A program made the translations under genes and the position numbers. A stretch of DNA of 64,000 bases from Vicinamibacteria bacterium (GTDB taxonomy: Bacteria > Acidobacteriota > Vicinamibacteria > Marinacidobacterales > Marinacidobacteraceae), in contig OZ241322.1 of assembly GCA_965199715.1 (NCBI GenBank), positions 1,920,001-1,984,000 of the forward strand. The letters are read 5' to 3'. Positions 1 through 9,491 of this stretch are shown here, one piece after another. The notes under the pieces were generated by a model that saw only the letters and a program-made list of their open reading frames with translations, was not told the DNA's origin and did not search any database. Numbering within the stretch: the stretch's first letter is position 1; every line of letters begins with the position of its first letter.

Positions 1-2
1 TG

Positions 3-1307
3 GCGCTCCAGTGGCTCAAGCGCGACCTAGTGGACACGGTGTTCATTGTCACGAAGAAATCGTTGGTTGAGAACTGGCGACGAGAAGTGGAGGCTCACTG
101 CGCGATCACACCGCACGTTCTGTCGAGTAACCGTGCGCGGAACAGCAAGGCACTCAACTCCCCAGTTCTTCTGTATATTATGCACTACGAGACTGTCGCG
201 TCGAACAAAGGGACTTTGGGACTGTTCTTGCGGACGTGTCGAGTTGGATGCATTCTCGATGAAAGTCAGAAAATCAAGAACCCACAGACAGCGCTATCGC
301 GAACCTTCCACGACATAGCGAGCGGGTTTGAACGTCGGGTCATCATGACGGGTACACCGGCCGCAAATCGTCCGTACGACATCTGGTCACAAATTCGTTT
401 TTTGGACGGCGGACACGCTCTCGGCGAGTCGTTCGACAGTTTTCGTGCGGAGATGGATCTGCCAAATGTTGGCACTAGTGTGGACGAATACGGTCAACGC
501 CTGAGCGCGATCCATCGACGACTAGCGCCATTTGCTGTGCGGGAGACAAAGGAGACGGCGGGCATTAGTTTGCCGGAAAAGACCATTGTCGGCCATCGAG
601 TGGAAATGGAGATGCGACAAGCGGAACGGTATTCCGCGTACCGAGACGAACTTGCGTTGGAGTATTTGAGGGAGGACGGCAATGTCGAGGTGGACGACGC
701 GGAGAACGTCCTCAAGCGGTTGCTGCGGCTGGTCCAATGCGCATCCAATCCGGCGTTGATCGATGAGGAGTATGACAGAGAGCCGGCGAAATTGCCGTTG
801 CTGCGGGACCTGTGCCAGGAGTTGATTCCGGACTCGAAATTGATTATCTGGACAGGATTCGTGGCCAATGTGGAGTGGCTGGCAACGAAACTAGCCAGCT
901 ACTCGCCATTGACTGTTCACGGAGGCCTCACGATGTCGCGACGAAATGACGCGATCTGCGAGTTTGTTGAGTCAAGACACTTGATTTTGATTGCGACGCC
1001 GGGAGCGGCCAAGGAGGGGCTCACTCTGACGGCGGCGAATCATGCGATTTTCTTTGATCGCAGTTTTAGTTTGGACGACTACCTTCAAGCACAGGATCGC
1101 ATTCACCGGATTTCTCAGACGCGAGAGACATTTGTGCACAACCTGATAGCGCAGAACACGATTGACGAATGGATCGATTCACTGCTCTCGGCGAAGTACC
1201 GTGCGGCGCAGATGGCGCAAGGTGACATCAGTGCGACACGGTTTCGCAACTCGTTCCAGTCGGATGTGGGCGAGATGCTTCGGGCGGTTCTCCGCTCCGG
1301 GCGGTAA
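3..1307 (+). CDS. SNF2/SWI2-family helicase (5'-truncated by window edge)
   Basis: Frame open from nt 3 (ALQWLKRDLVDTVFIV...). SF2/SNF2 motifs: II DESQKIKN, III MTGTP, V AKEGLTL, VI QAQDRIHRISQ. Walker A lies upstream of the window. Confidence 0.93.
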   Translation, partial: ALQWLKRDLVDTVFIVTKKSLVENWRREVEAHCAITPHVLSSNRARNSKALNSPVLLYIMHYETVASNKGTLGLFLRTCRVGCILDESQKIKNPQTALSRTFHDIASGFERRVIMTGTPAANRPYDIWSQIRFLDGGHALGESFDSFRAEMDLPNVGTSVDEYGQRLSAIHRRLAPFAVRETKETAGISLPEKTIVGHRVEMEMRQAERYSAYRDELALEYLREDGNVEVDDAENVLKRLLRLVQCASNPALIDEEYDREPAKLPLLRDLCQELIPDSKLIIWTGFVANVEWLATKLASYSPLTVHGGLTMSRRNDAICEFVESRHLILIATPGAAKEGLTLTAANHAIFFDRSFSLDDYLQAQDRIHRISQTRETFVHNLIAQNTIDEWIDSLLSAKYRAAQMAQGDISATRFRNSFQSDVGEMLRAVLRSGR

Positions 1308-1426
1308 TTGCGGGCGTTGCCCGGGGCGGGTTCGGACCACGCAGCTGGGTATCCGCCGCGGCGCGATATTGCGTTACGGGCGTAGGGGGCGGGGTGGTGG
1401 AGCGCATTGGGGGGTGCGGGGTCTGG

Positions 1427-1870
1427 ATGCTGGAGTCGCCCGATCGACTGCTGGATCAGTTTCTGGCGCAGCGGGGCTTCGCTGTGGCGTTCCACGAAGG
1501 GGACGCTGGTCAAGGCCTCGAAGGAGGCGGTCGCTTACCGGATCCTCGGGCCGGGATGGATGTCTGCCTGTATCGCGAGGAGGAGCGGGCGGCGGGGAAC
1601 CTTCGAAACGGGCGCAACCGGAAGCCGGCCTTACCGACGACGGGGAGATGGACCAAGGGGGTCCGCGGGGCCGCATGGGTGGACTCGGGTCGAGCCTCGT
1701 AGAGAAGCGCCTCCGGCGGCTGCTGGGGTTCGACGTGGAGACGCTCTCGAGGTCTCGCCGAACTTGTCTTGACGGTGACCGACGAGGCGCGATAGCAGCG
1801 GTCGCACGCGCTGGAGGCGACGTACGCGTTGATGTTCTTCGACGCGCTGCGGGTGAAGGTGCAGGATAAG
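1427..1870 (+). pseudogene. Degenerate IS256-family transposase fragment
   Basis: IS256-like peptides spread over several frames: DRLLDQFL, EEERAAGNLRNGRNRK, LTDDGEMD, LVEKRLRRLLGFD, LEATYALMFFDALRVKVQD. Multiple frameshifts, stops and an internal deletion. Confidence 0.75.
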
Positions 1871-1916
1871 TGTCTGTGCGGCCCAACCCCATCACGGCCG
1901 TCCAATGCGCTCCCAG

Positions 1917-2560
1917 TGGAGTTGCCCCGGTTTCGTGGACGGCTGACCTCTAGCGAGGAGGGCGTCCACGATGATGACCAAGAAGAAGCGGAAGCGTCCG
2001 CAGCGGTGCGCTTCGGAACGCGGCTGGTTGAGCTGGCGCGCTCGGGCCGGAGTCCGGAGGACCCGGCGCGGGAGCTCGAGCCTACCGCCGCGATGATCCG
2101 GACCTGGCGGCGGGCCGCGGACTTGGCCGAGGAAGCGGACGCCGACGGCTGGAGTCGGCCGGAGCGCGAGGAGATGCGCCGGCCGCGTCAGGAGAACTTC
2201 CGCCTCAAGCGCGAGCGGGAGATCCCGGGAAAGGCGGCGGCCTGGTTCGCCCGGGAGACCATCTCCGAGGGTGGAGGCTCATGAAGGCGCGCCGGGCCGA
2301 GTGTCCGATCGCCATGACGGCCCGCGTCCTGAAGGTCTCGAGGAGCAGGCGCTACGCGCGGCTGGGGCGCGAGCCGTCCTCTCGCGAGGGCGGACACGGC
2401 GCTGATGGAGGCGATCCGGGCGATCCACGAGGAGAGCCGGGAGGCGTACGGCGCGCCGCGGGCTCGGGCGGAGCCTCGCTCGCGGGAAGAGCGGGCGAGC
2501 CGGAAGCGGATCGCGCGGTTGATGCGGAGGCTGGGCGTTCAGGGAGCGTCGCGGCGGCTC
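1917..2560 (+). mobile_element. Truncated IS3-family element (orfA plus 5' part of orfB)
   Basis: IS3-like left end TGGAGTTGCCCCGGTTTCGTGGAC at ~1917. orfA-like LVELARSGRS..ARELE..ENFRLKREREI.KAAAWFARE. orfB-like MARVLKVSRS.Y and IRAIHEESREAYGAPR...RKRIARLMR. No integrase core or right end. Confidence 0.82.
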
Positions 2561-2679
2561 GGGGAATCGCCTACTGATTTCTTGGTACAGTGCGCTCGAA
2601 TTCCGCCATGGGACCCAAAACGGGCCCCCGATCAGGTCGTTACGGAGAGAGCGAAGAAAGTGAACGGACAGACCGCCCA

Positions 2680-3702
2680 ATGAGTTCGCATGGCCCCACA
2701 ATCACTTTACTGGGAACGACCATCGAAGGAACGGAGGAGAGCCTCCCCATAGAAGATCTCCGCTTCTTCCCAGAGAACCCGCGTGTACTGGCTGCCGTGC
2801 GAGAAATTACGGGTTTCGAGGAGCTGACGTTAGAGGAAAAACAGGAGCAAATCTACAAGCGCCTGCTGAAGGAACCCAGTGTCAAGAATCTCAAGCCCGA
2901 AATCGAGCGTGATGGCGGGCTCCAAGTGCCGATCATCGTTCGCGTAGAGACCAACCAGGTAATCGAGGGAAACTCGCGCCTTGCGGTGTACCGCGCGCTG
3001 GCCGAAGACAATAGAAGCGACGAGCGATGGACACACATACGGTGCCACGTCTTCTCCGGGCTTACGGACGAACAACAAACACGGATTTTGAGTGCAACCC
3101 ATTTACAGGGCATCACCGAATGGCCGCCGTATGCGAAAGCACTCTTCTGCTTCACAGCCGTGGAAGAGCGTCAGGTACCGATCGAAGCGTTCTCCAGCCT
3201 CACTGGAATGGGGAAGGCCGAGATACAGAAGCAGGTCAAAATAGTCAAGATGATGCAAGAAAACGCCGACAACAACTACGCGAATTTCAGCTACTACGAC
3301 GTGTTGGTGCGTTCTCGCAAACTCGCTCCTGCGATCCAAGACAACGAGACGCTTCGCAAGAAACTTCTCAGCGATATCAAGACGAGTGCCTTTACAGCAC
3401 GAGCAATGCGCGATCAGCTTCCAACTATCATGGATAAGCCGCGCGTATTTCGAAAATATATGCAGGGCGGAGTGACACTGGAGGAGGCCTACGATCGTTC
3501 GAAAATTAGCGGAGCTGAGCAGCTTCTGAAGCGGGTCCTCACGCGGTTGAAGGAAATCGAGGCGCCGGACATTACGAGTTTGGAAGCAACGCGCGCGCGA
3601 GCTCTTCAAATGCACGCCCGAAAGATCGAGAGAGAGATTCGACGCGTCTTGAGTGGCGTCGAACGGCACTTGAAGTCCGACGGAGAAAAAGGGATTCCAT
3701 GA
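2680..3702 (+). CDS. ParB/Srx-like N-terminal domain protein
   Basis: LRFFPENPR, IERDGGLQVPIIV and VIEGNSRLA match the ParB-N fold motifs. ATG at 2680 chosen over TTG/GTG-type start at 2590. Stop overlaps the next ATG. Confidence 0.82.
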   Translation: MSSHGPTITLLGTTIEGTEESLPIEDLRFFPENPRVLAAVREITGFEELTLEEKQEQIYKRLLKEPSVKNLKPEIERDGGLQVPIIVRVETNQVIEGNSRLAVYRALAEDNRSDERWTHIRCHVFSGLTDEQQTRILSATHLQGITEWPPYAKALFCFTAVEERQVPIEAFSSLTGMGKAEIQKQVKIVKMMQENADNNYANFSYYDVLVRSRKLAPAIQDNETLRKKLLSDIKTSAFTARAMRDQLPTIMDKPRVFRKYMQGGVTLEEAYDRSKISGAEQLLKRVLTRLKEIEAPDITSLEATRARALQMHARKIEREIRRVLSGVERHLKSDGEKGIP

Positions 3703-5324
3703 CCGCGTTCGGATCCGGGAAACGCATCCTTCTGGTGGAGCCGGGATACCGAAACAAGTATCCCCCGCTAGGCCTCATGAAGCTGGCGGCGTACCACGGG
3801 CCGGAGGGCCGGAGAGATATGGTTCGCTTCGTGAAGGGTGAAGACCCCGAGGTTCTTGAGCACGCTTGGGATCGAGTCTACGTGACCACGCTGTTCAGCT
3901 TTGAGTGGAAGCGGACTGCGGAGGCCATCGATTTCGCAGTGCGGGCCGCACACGGACAGGCCGAGCGGGTCTTCGTGGGGGGTATCGCCGCCACATTGAT
4001 GTTCGAGGATTTTGTGCGGGAACCGCGGTGGGCGGGAGTTCGCTTCATCACCGGACTCTTGGATCAGGCGCCCGCTCAGTCGCTCCAACTCTCGACCGCA
4101 GACGGTGACTTCGGCGCGGATGACATGGATGGATTGCCGATTGAGGAACGGGTGCCCGACTACACGATCCTCGATCACGTGCGCTATGGGTATCCGGTTC
4201 ACGATGCGTACTTCGGGTACGCCTCACGCGGATGTGTGAGGAAATGCGCCTTCTGCGGCGTCCCCAAATTGGAGGGTGGACAGCGGGAAATGCCACCGCT
4301 TACGGGGATGGTGCGCGACGTGTACGATCGATTTGGGCCCAAGAAGGATCTCATTCTTATGGACAACAACGTTGCGGCAAGCACGCGGTATCGGGAAGTT
4401 ATTGCAGAGATCCGTGACGTGGGTTTCCATCGGGGTGCACGGTTGGAGCGGGGAGGGAACAAGCCGATTAAGCGCCGCGTGGACTTCAATCAAGGTGTGG
4501 ACGCACGTATTCTTGTGAAGTCGCCGATGTACCTTGAGGAAATGGCCACGATATGTATTGATCCACTGCGGATTGCGTTTGATCACGTCGGGATGCGCCG
4601 AGTCTACGAGCGTGCGGTTCGCATGGCGGCGGAAAATGGCCTCACGTCATTGTCCAACTACCTGCTCTACAACTTCAAGGACTCACCGCGGGATCTCTAT
4701 CGACGCATGAAGATCAACATCGCTCTGAATGAGGAGCTCGGAGTACGGATTTGGTCGTTTCCGATGAGATACCTGCCTGTGACCATGAAGGACCGCTCCC
4801 ACGTCGGCGAACGATGGAACCGTTACTTCCTGCGGTCATTTCAGCTCATGCTGCAGGCGACGCATGGAGTTGTGTCGGGGAATGGGGAGTTCTTTCATCG
4901 GGCGTTCGGAGACGGGGAGGAGCAATTCGAGGAGCTGCTAGCGCTTCCCCACGCCTTCATTTTCGCGCGGAGCTTTTACGATCAAGGGGCGGGACGCGGC
5001 GTTTTCGACGACTACCTGGCGCTTCGGCGGCGAGCGTCGGCGAGTCAGCGTGCCGATCTTGTCGCTGTGCTCAGCGAGGTGTTGAATCTCCGCCCACGGC
5101 GGGACGCATTTCGGCGTCTGTTGGCGGATCGGTCCGTGGACCGTCTTACGCGCGAGCTGGCGCGCTTTCACGCCATCGACACGCGAGCGCCCAAGGTTAC
5201 CGAAGTGTCGCGCTTGGTTTCGGAGGTCGCGCCGGAGGAGGTACGAATCGAGGACGCGGGCTTGTATGATCCAATCGGCGGTCAGCCGGAGTCCGTAGAG
5301 ACACCGCTGCGCGCGAGCGGATGA
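3699..5324 (+). CDS. Radical SAM protein with N-terminal cobalamin-binding-like domain
   Basis: CxxxCxxC (CVRKCAFC, nt 4233-4256) after YASRG. N-terminal ILLVEPGY..KYPPLGLMKLAAY; also MDNN and VDFNQGVDAR. ATGA overlaps on both sides. Confidence 0.9.
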   Translation: MTAFGSGKRILLVEPGYRNKYPPLGLMKLAAYHGPEGRRDMVRFVKGEDPEVLEHAWDRVYVTTLFSFEWKRTAEAIDFAVRAAHGQAERVFVGGIAATLMFEDFVREPRWAGVRFITGLLDQAPAQSLQLSTADGDFGADDMDGLPIEERVPDYTILDHVRYGYPVHDAYFGYASRGCVRKCAFCGVPKLEGGQREMPPLTGMVRDVYDRFGPKKDLILMDNNVAASTRYREVIAEIRDVGFHRGARLERGGNKPIKRRVDFNQGVDARILVKSPMYLEEMATICIDPLRIAFDHVGMRRVYERAVRMAAENGLTSLSNYLLYNFKDSPRDLYRRMKINIALNEELGVRIWSFPMRYLPVTMKDRSHVGERWNRYFLRSFQLMLQATHGVVSGNGEFFHRAFGDGEEQFEELLALPHAFIFARSFYDQGAGRGVFDDYLALRRRASASQRADLVAVLSEVLNLRPRRDAFRRLLADRSVDRLTRELARFHAIDTRAPKVTEVSRLVSEVAPEEVRIEDAGLYDPIGGQPESVETPLRASG

Positions 5325-6832
5325 GACGGGAACGCCCGGCGCTCGTCGGGGGCGATATCCTGCGGCTGGTCACATCGGGGATTTATGACGACCCCTTGAT
5401 GTTGTATCGGGAATACCTCCAGAACGCGGCGGATTCGGTGGAGATTGAGGCTGGTGGGAAGGGAGCGGCGCACGTCGTTCTCGATCGACTTGCCGGACGA
5501 GTAACCGTACGTGACGATGGTGCCGGGTTGTCGCCGGCCGAGGCGGTCAACCGGCTGACGGATGTGGGGAACAGCCCGAAGGTTCCTGGGCGTCATCGCG
5601 GGTTGCGCGGAGTTGGGCGTCTGTGTGCGCTCGCGTTCGCGGAGAGCGTGCACTTCACAACGCGCGCCAGTGGGAGGGAACCGGTGACGCGCGTCTCTTG
5701 GAGCGGGCGCGCTTTCCGCGAAGGAGCCGGGGTCGACATGGACGCGAGGGAGGCGATTGAGTCCTGTACTGAAGTCCAGACGCTCTTGGGAGGGGACTGG
5801 CCCGAACGGTTCTTTGAGGTGAGAGTGGAACGCGTGACGCGGATGGCGGCCGGACTGGTGCTCAACGAAGATGCAGTCCGACGGTACATTGGCGAGGTGT
5901 GCCCCGTTCCCTTGGATTCATCTTTTCCATTTGCCACTGAGGTGAACGCGTTCCTCAGTCAACACATCAACTACTTCGGGCTTGACGTGCGGCTCAATGA
6001 ACGGGAGAGGCCGATCAAGCGACCATACGGGAAGGGTGTGAGAGTGACGGACGAGCTATTGGTTCCGTTCGAGCGACTTGAGACTCGTCTGATTCCGCGA
6101 ATCGATTCGGACCGGCCGGCGGCCGTCGTGTGGCTTGCGCACACGCCGTATATGGGCTCGATCTCGAAGCGACTGGCGATTCGGGGCCTTCGTGCACGAG
6201 TCGGGAACGTGCAAGTGGGTGGGGATCACGTGTTCGAGAAATTGTTTCATGAGTCTCGTTTCAATGGGTGGTGCGTAGGGGAGGTCCATATTGCGGATAG
6301 TCGGATCGCCCCCAACGGGAGACGCGACTACTTCGAGGTGAACCCGCATCTGCGGAATCTCGAGAACCATCTTGGGACGGTCGCGCGGGAGATTGGCGGG
6401 AGGTGTCGGCGGGCCTCGTCGCAACGCAACAGAATTCGTAACGTTCGGACGGTCATCGGTCAGGTCAAGCGAGCTCGGGAGTTGGCGATATCGGGGTACC
6501 TGTGTAGGGAGGACGCAGCGCGGCTGTTGCAGCGCCAGCGGGCGCGGATGGAGGAGATCAGGAAACACGTGCGGCTGCTTCCGGCCGCCCTGGGCGTGGA
6601 GGGGGGCGAAATGGAGTCTCTTGAGAGCGAGTTGGAGGAGGTCGACTTGGAAGCGCTCGGGCGCCGCGCCAACGACAGACTGACTGACTTGCCGCCTACG
6701 TCGGCACGCGCCCTGCGGTCGGCCTTTGGGGCGCTCGCTGCGACCATGTCGGTCGACGCAGTCTTCGAAGTCATTGCGCTCGTCGAAGGCCGGCTGTCTC
6801 GTGAGCGGGCTTTTCGGGCGAGCCGAGCGTGA
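5321..6832 (+). CDS. GHKL (HSP90/MORC/MutL-like, HATPase_c) ATPase
   Basis: N-box REYLQNAADS, G1 DDGAGL, G2 GLRGVG. S5-like second domain (GEVHI...PNGRRDYFE) and a helical C-terminus. Confidence 0.9.
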   Translation: MRRERPALVGGDILRLVTSGIYDDPLMLYREYLQNAADSVEIEAGGKGAAHVVLDRLAGRVTVRDDGAGLSPAEAVNRLTDVGNSPKVPGRHRGLRGVGRLCALAFAESVHFTTRASGREPVTRVSWSGRAFREGAGVDMDAREAIESCTEVQTLLGGDWPERFFEVRVERVTRMAAGLVLNEDAVRRYIGEVCPVPLDSSFPFATEVNAFLSQHINYFGLDVRLNERERPIKRPYGKGVRVTDELLVPFERLETRLIPRIDSDRPAAVVWLAHTPYMGSISKRLAIRGLRARVGNVQVGGDHVFEKLFHESRFNGWCVGEVHIADSRIAPNGRRDYFEVNPHLRNLENHLGTVAREIGGRCRRASSQRNRIRNVRTVIGQVKRARELAISGYLCREDAARLLQRQRARMEEIRKHVRLLPAALGVEGGEMESLESELEEVDLEALGRRANDRLTDLPPTSARALRSAFGALAATMSVDAVFEVIALVEGRLSRERAFRASRA

Positions 6833-7227
6833 CTTCCGCTGCGGCCGCTGCCCCACGCCTTCGCCCAAAGAAGACGGCGTCACCGCGCTCCTGCGGGGCC
6901 TGACCACCGTTCGGAGCTGGGGTGCGTATGCGCTCGACTGCTTTCCGGCCGGGGCGCTCCGAGGCTTCGGTGCTTACGACTCGGCGCCGTTGCGCCTGAC
7001 TCCGTCGGAATACGGGTCGGCCCGGCTGACCGGGTACGTGTCGTTCAGGTGGTACTCCGGATTGGGCGAGGCGTTAGGCTGCTGCGTCCGAATTGGGTGG
7101 TTCACGCCCTCGGCCCCGCTATTGGTCGTGAGCGAACGCCTCGTCGACGAGTGCGCCGCCGACGTGCTGCTCGCGACGAGTCGATTCTGGGCTTCCGCAA
7201 CCCCCAAACCGTCTGGGAGCGCACCTG

Positions 7228-7700
7228 ATGCTGCGTGAAGTGCAACTTGAGAATTTCAAGTGCTTCGAGCACTTGAAGCTCGACTGCGCGCCGCTGAGCC
7301 TCCTCTGCGGACTGAATGGCACGGGAAAGAGCAGCTTGATTCAGGCGCTGCTCGTGCTGAGACAGTCGTTCGCGAGCCGCGCCCTCGAAGACGGGCGCCC
7401 TTCGCTTCGCGGGGAGCTCGCCGGTCTCGGTGATGCCTCGGATGTTCTCTTTCAGCATGCGAAGATGCCAGAAGCGGCCTTCTCTCTTGGTGCTGGGTCC
7501 GAGCGCGAGGCCTGGAGCAAGCGGTTCCGACTCTCGAGCATCGGTCGGTTCGCGGCCGTCCGCGCGGACGAGGAAGTCCCGCACGCCTAGCGAGACGCAA
7601 CCCCGTTCGGCGGGCGCATGCTGCACGTGGGGGCGGAACGGGCGGGGCCCCGCAAGGCCTTTCCTCTCGCCGAAAAGGAGGCCCAGCCGGAGCACTTCGG
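7228..7700 (+). pseudogene. Truncated AAA/ABC-type ATPase (DUF3696-associated type)
   Basis: LENFKCF start and Walker A GLNGTGKSSLIQALL. In-frame TAG at 7588, after which homology resumes (LHVGAERAGPRKAFPL) and then stops abruptly at ~7700. No Walker B. Confidence 0.75.
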
Positions 7701-7713
7701 CCACAATGCCCCC

Positions 7714-8757
7714 GTGATCGCCCTCCTCGCGCAGGCGGCGCTGCTCGTCGCCCTTGAGGCGGTCGTGCTCGACGGGGGCGAGCCGGTTCGGGGACTCGAC
7801 GCGGAGGATTTCGAGGTCGTCGTCGCAGGCCGCGCCCATCCGGTCGCCGACGCCCGGAAGATGGAAGCCGGAGACGCGCCCCGTCGGTTCGTCTTCGTCA
7901 CGAATCGGCGCGGCGCCCGCGGGAGCGATCTCCAGCGAGCGCGGAACGGCTTGGAACGCTTCCTCCGGGAGCGGTTCGCCGAGGGAGACCGCGCGCTTCT
8001 CGTCGATTTCGCCGAGGTTCCACGGATCTCCCGGGGTTGGCGGAATCGGGCCGAGGCGCTCGCGGACGTCCAGTCGGCGGTGGCGGCCGGATTCCGGAGC
8101 CCGAGCGGAGCCGCCGCCGACGCGGCGGACGCCGCGCACATGCTGTTCGCGCTCGCGGAGCGGCTCGCCGGGGAGCCGGGCTCCAAGACCGTCGTCCTGA
8201 TGTCGGGGAGCCTCGCCGCCTTCGCCGGTGAGGCCGGGGGCGCCCTGGGCCAGAACCGCGTTCCGTTCGATCCGCCGAACTGGCTTCCGCGGCTGCCGAA
8301 GGACCGCAATGGAAACCGCGACGCGCCGGGCGCGCTCGCCCTCGCGTTCCGCGCCGCCGGAGCCACGCTCCACGCGATCCACCTTGAGGGCGCACGCCGC
8401 CACGACGGCGGCGTCCTCGTCTCGAGCCGCGCCGAGTCGGGCCCGATCTCGACGACCACGGGGGCGAACGGCGAGACAACGAGCGCCCAGCGCGTCTGGA
8501 ACTCCTCCGCGTCGCCCTCGGGCCGGACCCGCGACGCCTTCGCGCGCCCGACCGACGACTTCCTCTCTTCGCTCGCCTCCGACACGGGCGGCTCCTACGT
8601 TGCGCGCGCCGCCGACTTCGCCCGCGCGCTCGAGCGGATCGAGGCCCGAAGCCGGGTCTGGTATGGACTGGCCTTCGAGTCGCCGGGCGGCGCCTACGAA
8701 GTTCGCGTCCGCGGGAGGCCCGAACTCACGGTTGCCGCGCGCCTCGTCCCCGAGTGA
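7714..8757 (+). CDS. Acidobacterial VWA-related domain protein (paralogue 1)
   Basis: GTG start with CACAAT 6 nt upstream. Signal-like N-terminus; PVRGLDAEDFEV, GSKTVVLMSG, LSSLASDTGG, Y.L.F and VRVR motifs. Confidence 0.75.
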   Translation: MIALLAQAALLVALEAVVLDGGEPVRGLDAEDFEVVVAGRAHPVADARKMEAGDAPRRFVFVTNRRGARGSDLQRARNGLERFLRERFAEGDRALLVDFAEVPRISRGWRNRAEALADVQSAVAAGFRSPSGAAADAADAAHMLFALAERLAGEPGSKTVVLMSGSLAAFAGEAGGALGQNRVPFDPPNWLPRLPKDRNGNRDAPGALALAFRAAGATLHAIHLEGARRHDGGVLVSSRAESGPISTTTGANGETTSAQRVWNSSASPSGRTRDAFARPTDDFLSSLASDTGGSYVARAADFARALERIEARSRVWYGLAFESPGGAYEVRVRGRPELTVAARLVPE

Positions 8758-8840
8758 CCTGCGATCCTGTCGCAGCACGGCTGGGCCGCGCTCTTCGGGT
8801 ATCCTCCCTTTGAGGAGGTACATCGGATGGGGGTGATCGC

Positions 8841-9451
8841 GTGATCCGCGAGGTCCGCGCCATGGCCGAGGGGTACGCGGCGTGGCTGCGGGACTCGACG
8901 CACCTGCGCGAGATCGGGAACGCGGTCGAGATCACGACCCCCGTGTCTGGATCGACGCAACGACCATCTCCAGCTCCACGCCCGGTGCGAGAACGGTCAT
9001 GTGCTGCTGACCGACGAGGGCTACGTCCTCGCCGATCCGAAGATGTCCGGATGTCCGATTGACGCGCCGAGGTGCGCGGACCTGATCGATACGACGCTCC
9101 GGGGCGTCGGCGTCAGGCGGAACGGAGCTTCGCTTGAAGTGACGGCTTCGACGAACGACGTTCCGCCGAAAACGGACAGCCTCGTACAGGCCATGCTCGC
9201 CGGGAACCACCTGTCCTTCACGGTTCCCGCGGCGAATTCGGCTTGTGTCCGGAAGCCTGCGGCGCCCGACCGATCGCCTGGTTCGATCGGGACGCAGCCA
9301 AGCGAAATCTGATGGATCGGCGCCTAACGCGATGCGCGACGACGCGCCCAATGCACTTCCCCCGGTGTCGAGGCCGCGATGGAGGCCTACGGCGTGCGTC
9401 CGATCGCATGGTCCGGTCGTGGACGCGGTCCAAGAAGACCTGATCGCCTGA
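8841..9451 (+). pseudogene. DUF1828/DUF1829-like protein, frameshifted and internally deleted
   Basis: YAAWLRD...EITTP, then a frameshift in the C5 run at 8938-8942, then LDRRNDHLQL...LLTDEGY...SLVQAMLA. C-terminal AMEAYGVRPIAWS...EDLIA lies in further frames. Confidence 0.7.
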
Positions 9452-9491
9452 GTCCGGGCGCATTGGCGCCGTCGCGCGCGTCGGGTTCACA

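Noticed and set aside
6726-7238. 170-aa ORF between the GHKL ATPase and the AAA relic as a fifth system gene
   Set aside because: It overlaps the GHKL gene by ~100 nt, has no recognisable motif or clear start, and cannot be supported.
7588-7590. In-frame TAG as possible pyrrolysine or readthrough site
   Set aside because: The ATPase is truncated ~110 nt later anyway and there is no pyl context. Simple decay is more parsimonious.
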